NCBI RefSeq assembly: GCF_963921235.1
Contig: NC_086098.1
Location: 2,046,001-2,110,000, forward strand
DNA: 64,000 nt
Origin: Mobula hypostoma
Taxonomy: Eukaryota
Reading direction: 5' to 3'
Under the pieces are notes generated by a model that did not search any database, was not told the DNA's origin, and worked only from the letters and a program-made list of their open reading frames with translations. A program made the translations under genes and the position numbers. Shown one piece after another: positions 63,191 to 64,000 of this stretch (the stretch's first letter is position 1; the number at the start of each line of letters is the position of its first letter).

Positions 63191-64000
63191 GTGTAGGGGA
63201 TTGCGTAAGACAAATCAATAACCAAGAGTAAATGAGAGAGAGAGTAAGAGTGAGAGAGAGACAGAGAGAGAACTAGTTCTGCCTTCTGTAGAGCAAAACA
63301 AATATATGTCATGAAGAAGGCTCTCGGAATAAAACTTCAATTCTTTATTCCCCTCCATAGATGCTGCCTGCTCCACTGAGTTGCTCCACCATTGCTCATA
63401 AATGTATGTTTGTTGGACTTTCAAATGTAATAATACTGTGGGAGCTGCTTTGTGTGCAAGGATGTCAGTAAACCTGGTGCTTGTAACCCGGGGACTGCCT
63501 GTAATGACCTGGTGACATTATGAATGCAGAGTCTGGGCAATGTTGTGAATGTAAAGAAAGCTATGTACTGTTTTATATTTCTTGTATATATATTTTATGA
63601 ATAAAGTTTATTTATTATAAATGAAAATTGAGCAGAAGGCACAGGCTGAGTATGTTGTGAGCCCGTTTGCCCCCTTGTTCCACAGTAATTAATGAAAGAG
63701 GATGTGGGGCTGATGAACAGCTGAAGGCAAGAATCTGCAGCTGCCACTAACACGGCATTCAGTGCTCCTGTGCATAACTTCACACACACGGCAGCCTGCA
63801 AACCAGCCCCTCACCTGCCACGCTTTGTTCCTCTGCAATGGATCTGTTGACAAAACAGTGGAACATGCCAGTGCTAAGTATTAAACTGTTCCATCCATCA
63901 TTGCGATTGCTCTCCGGTAATAAATCACTTCACACGGTCCAGCTGCAGGCTGCATCATCGTGCTTGCTTTAAAAAAATGAGGCATAGTCTGCACTGCACT

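Overview
Repeat-saturated, non-genic (intergenic or intronic) vertebrate DNA, most likely from a cartilaginous fish such as a ray or shark. That assignment is an inference from HE1/V-type SINEs, esterase-bearing CR1 LINEs and abundant Rex1 elements. I see no host protein-coding gene: nearly every ORF in the track is a transposon remnant or an antisense/alternate-frame artefact. Recognisable families are CR1 LINEs (two near-full-length relics), Rex1/Babar LINEs, one large RTE LINE, a Tx1-like fragment, tRNA-derived SINEs, Tc1 and mariner MITEs, minisatellites and Penelope-like elements (PLEs, GIY-YIG endonuclease). The most interesting signal is the PLE terminal repeat. It carries a minimal type-I hammerhead ribozyme motif (AGTC-CTGAYGA-AGGGTCTCGGCCC-GAAA-CG-TC-GACT) in about ten intact-to-decayed copies. 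Five insertions bounded by 13-16 bp target-site duplications (TSDs) share one asymmetric inverted-arm architecture, and in two of them one arm ends within 1-2 nt of the predicted ribozyme cleavage site. Boundaries of decayed elements were read by eye and are approximate unless a TSD is quoted.
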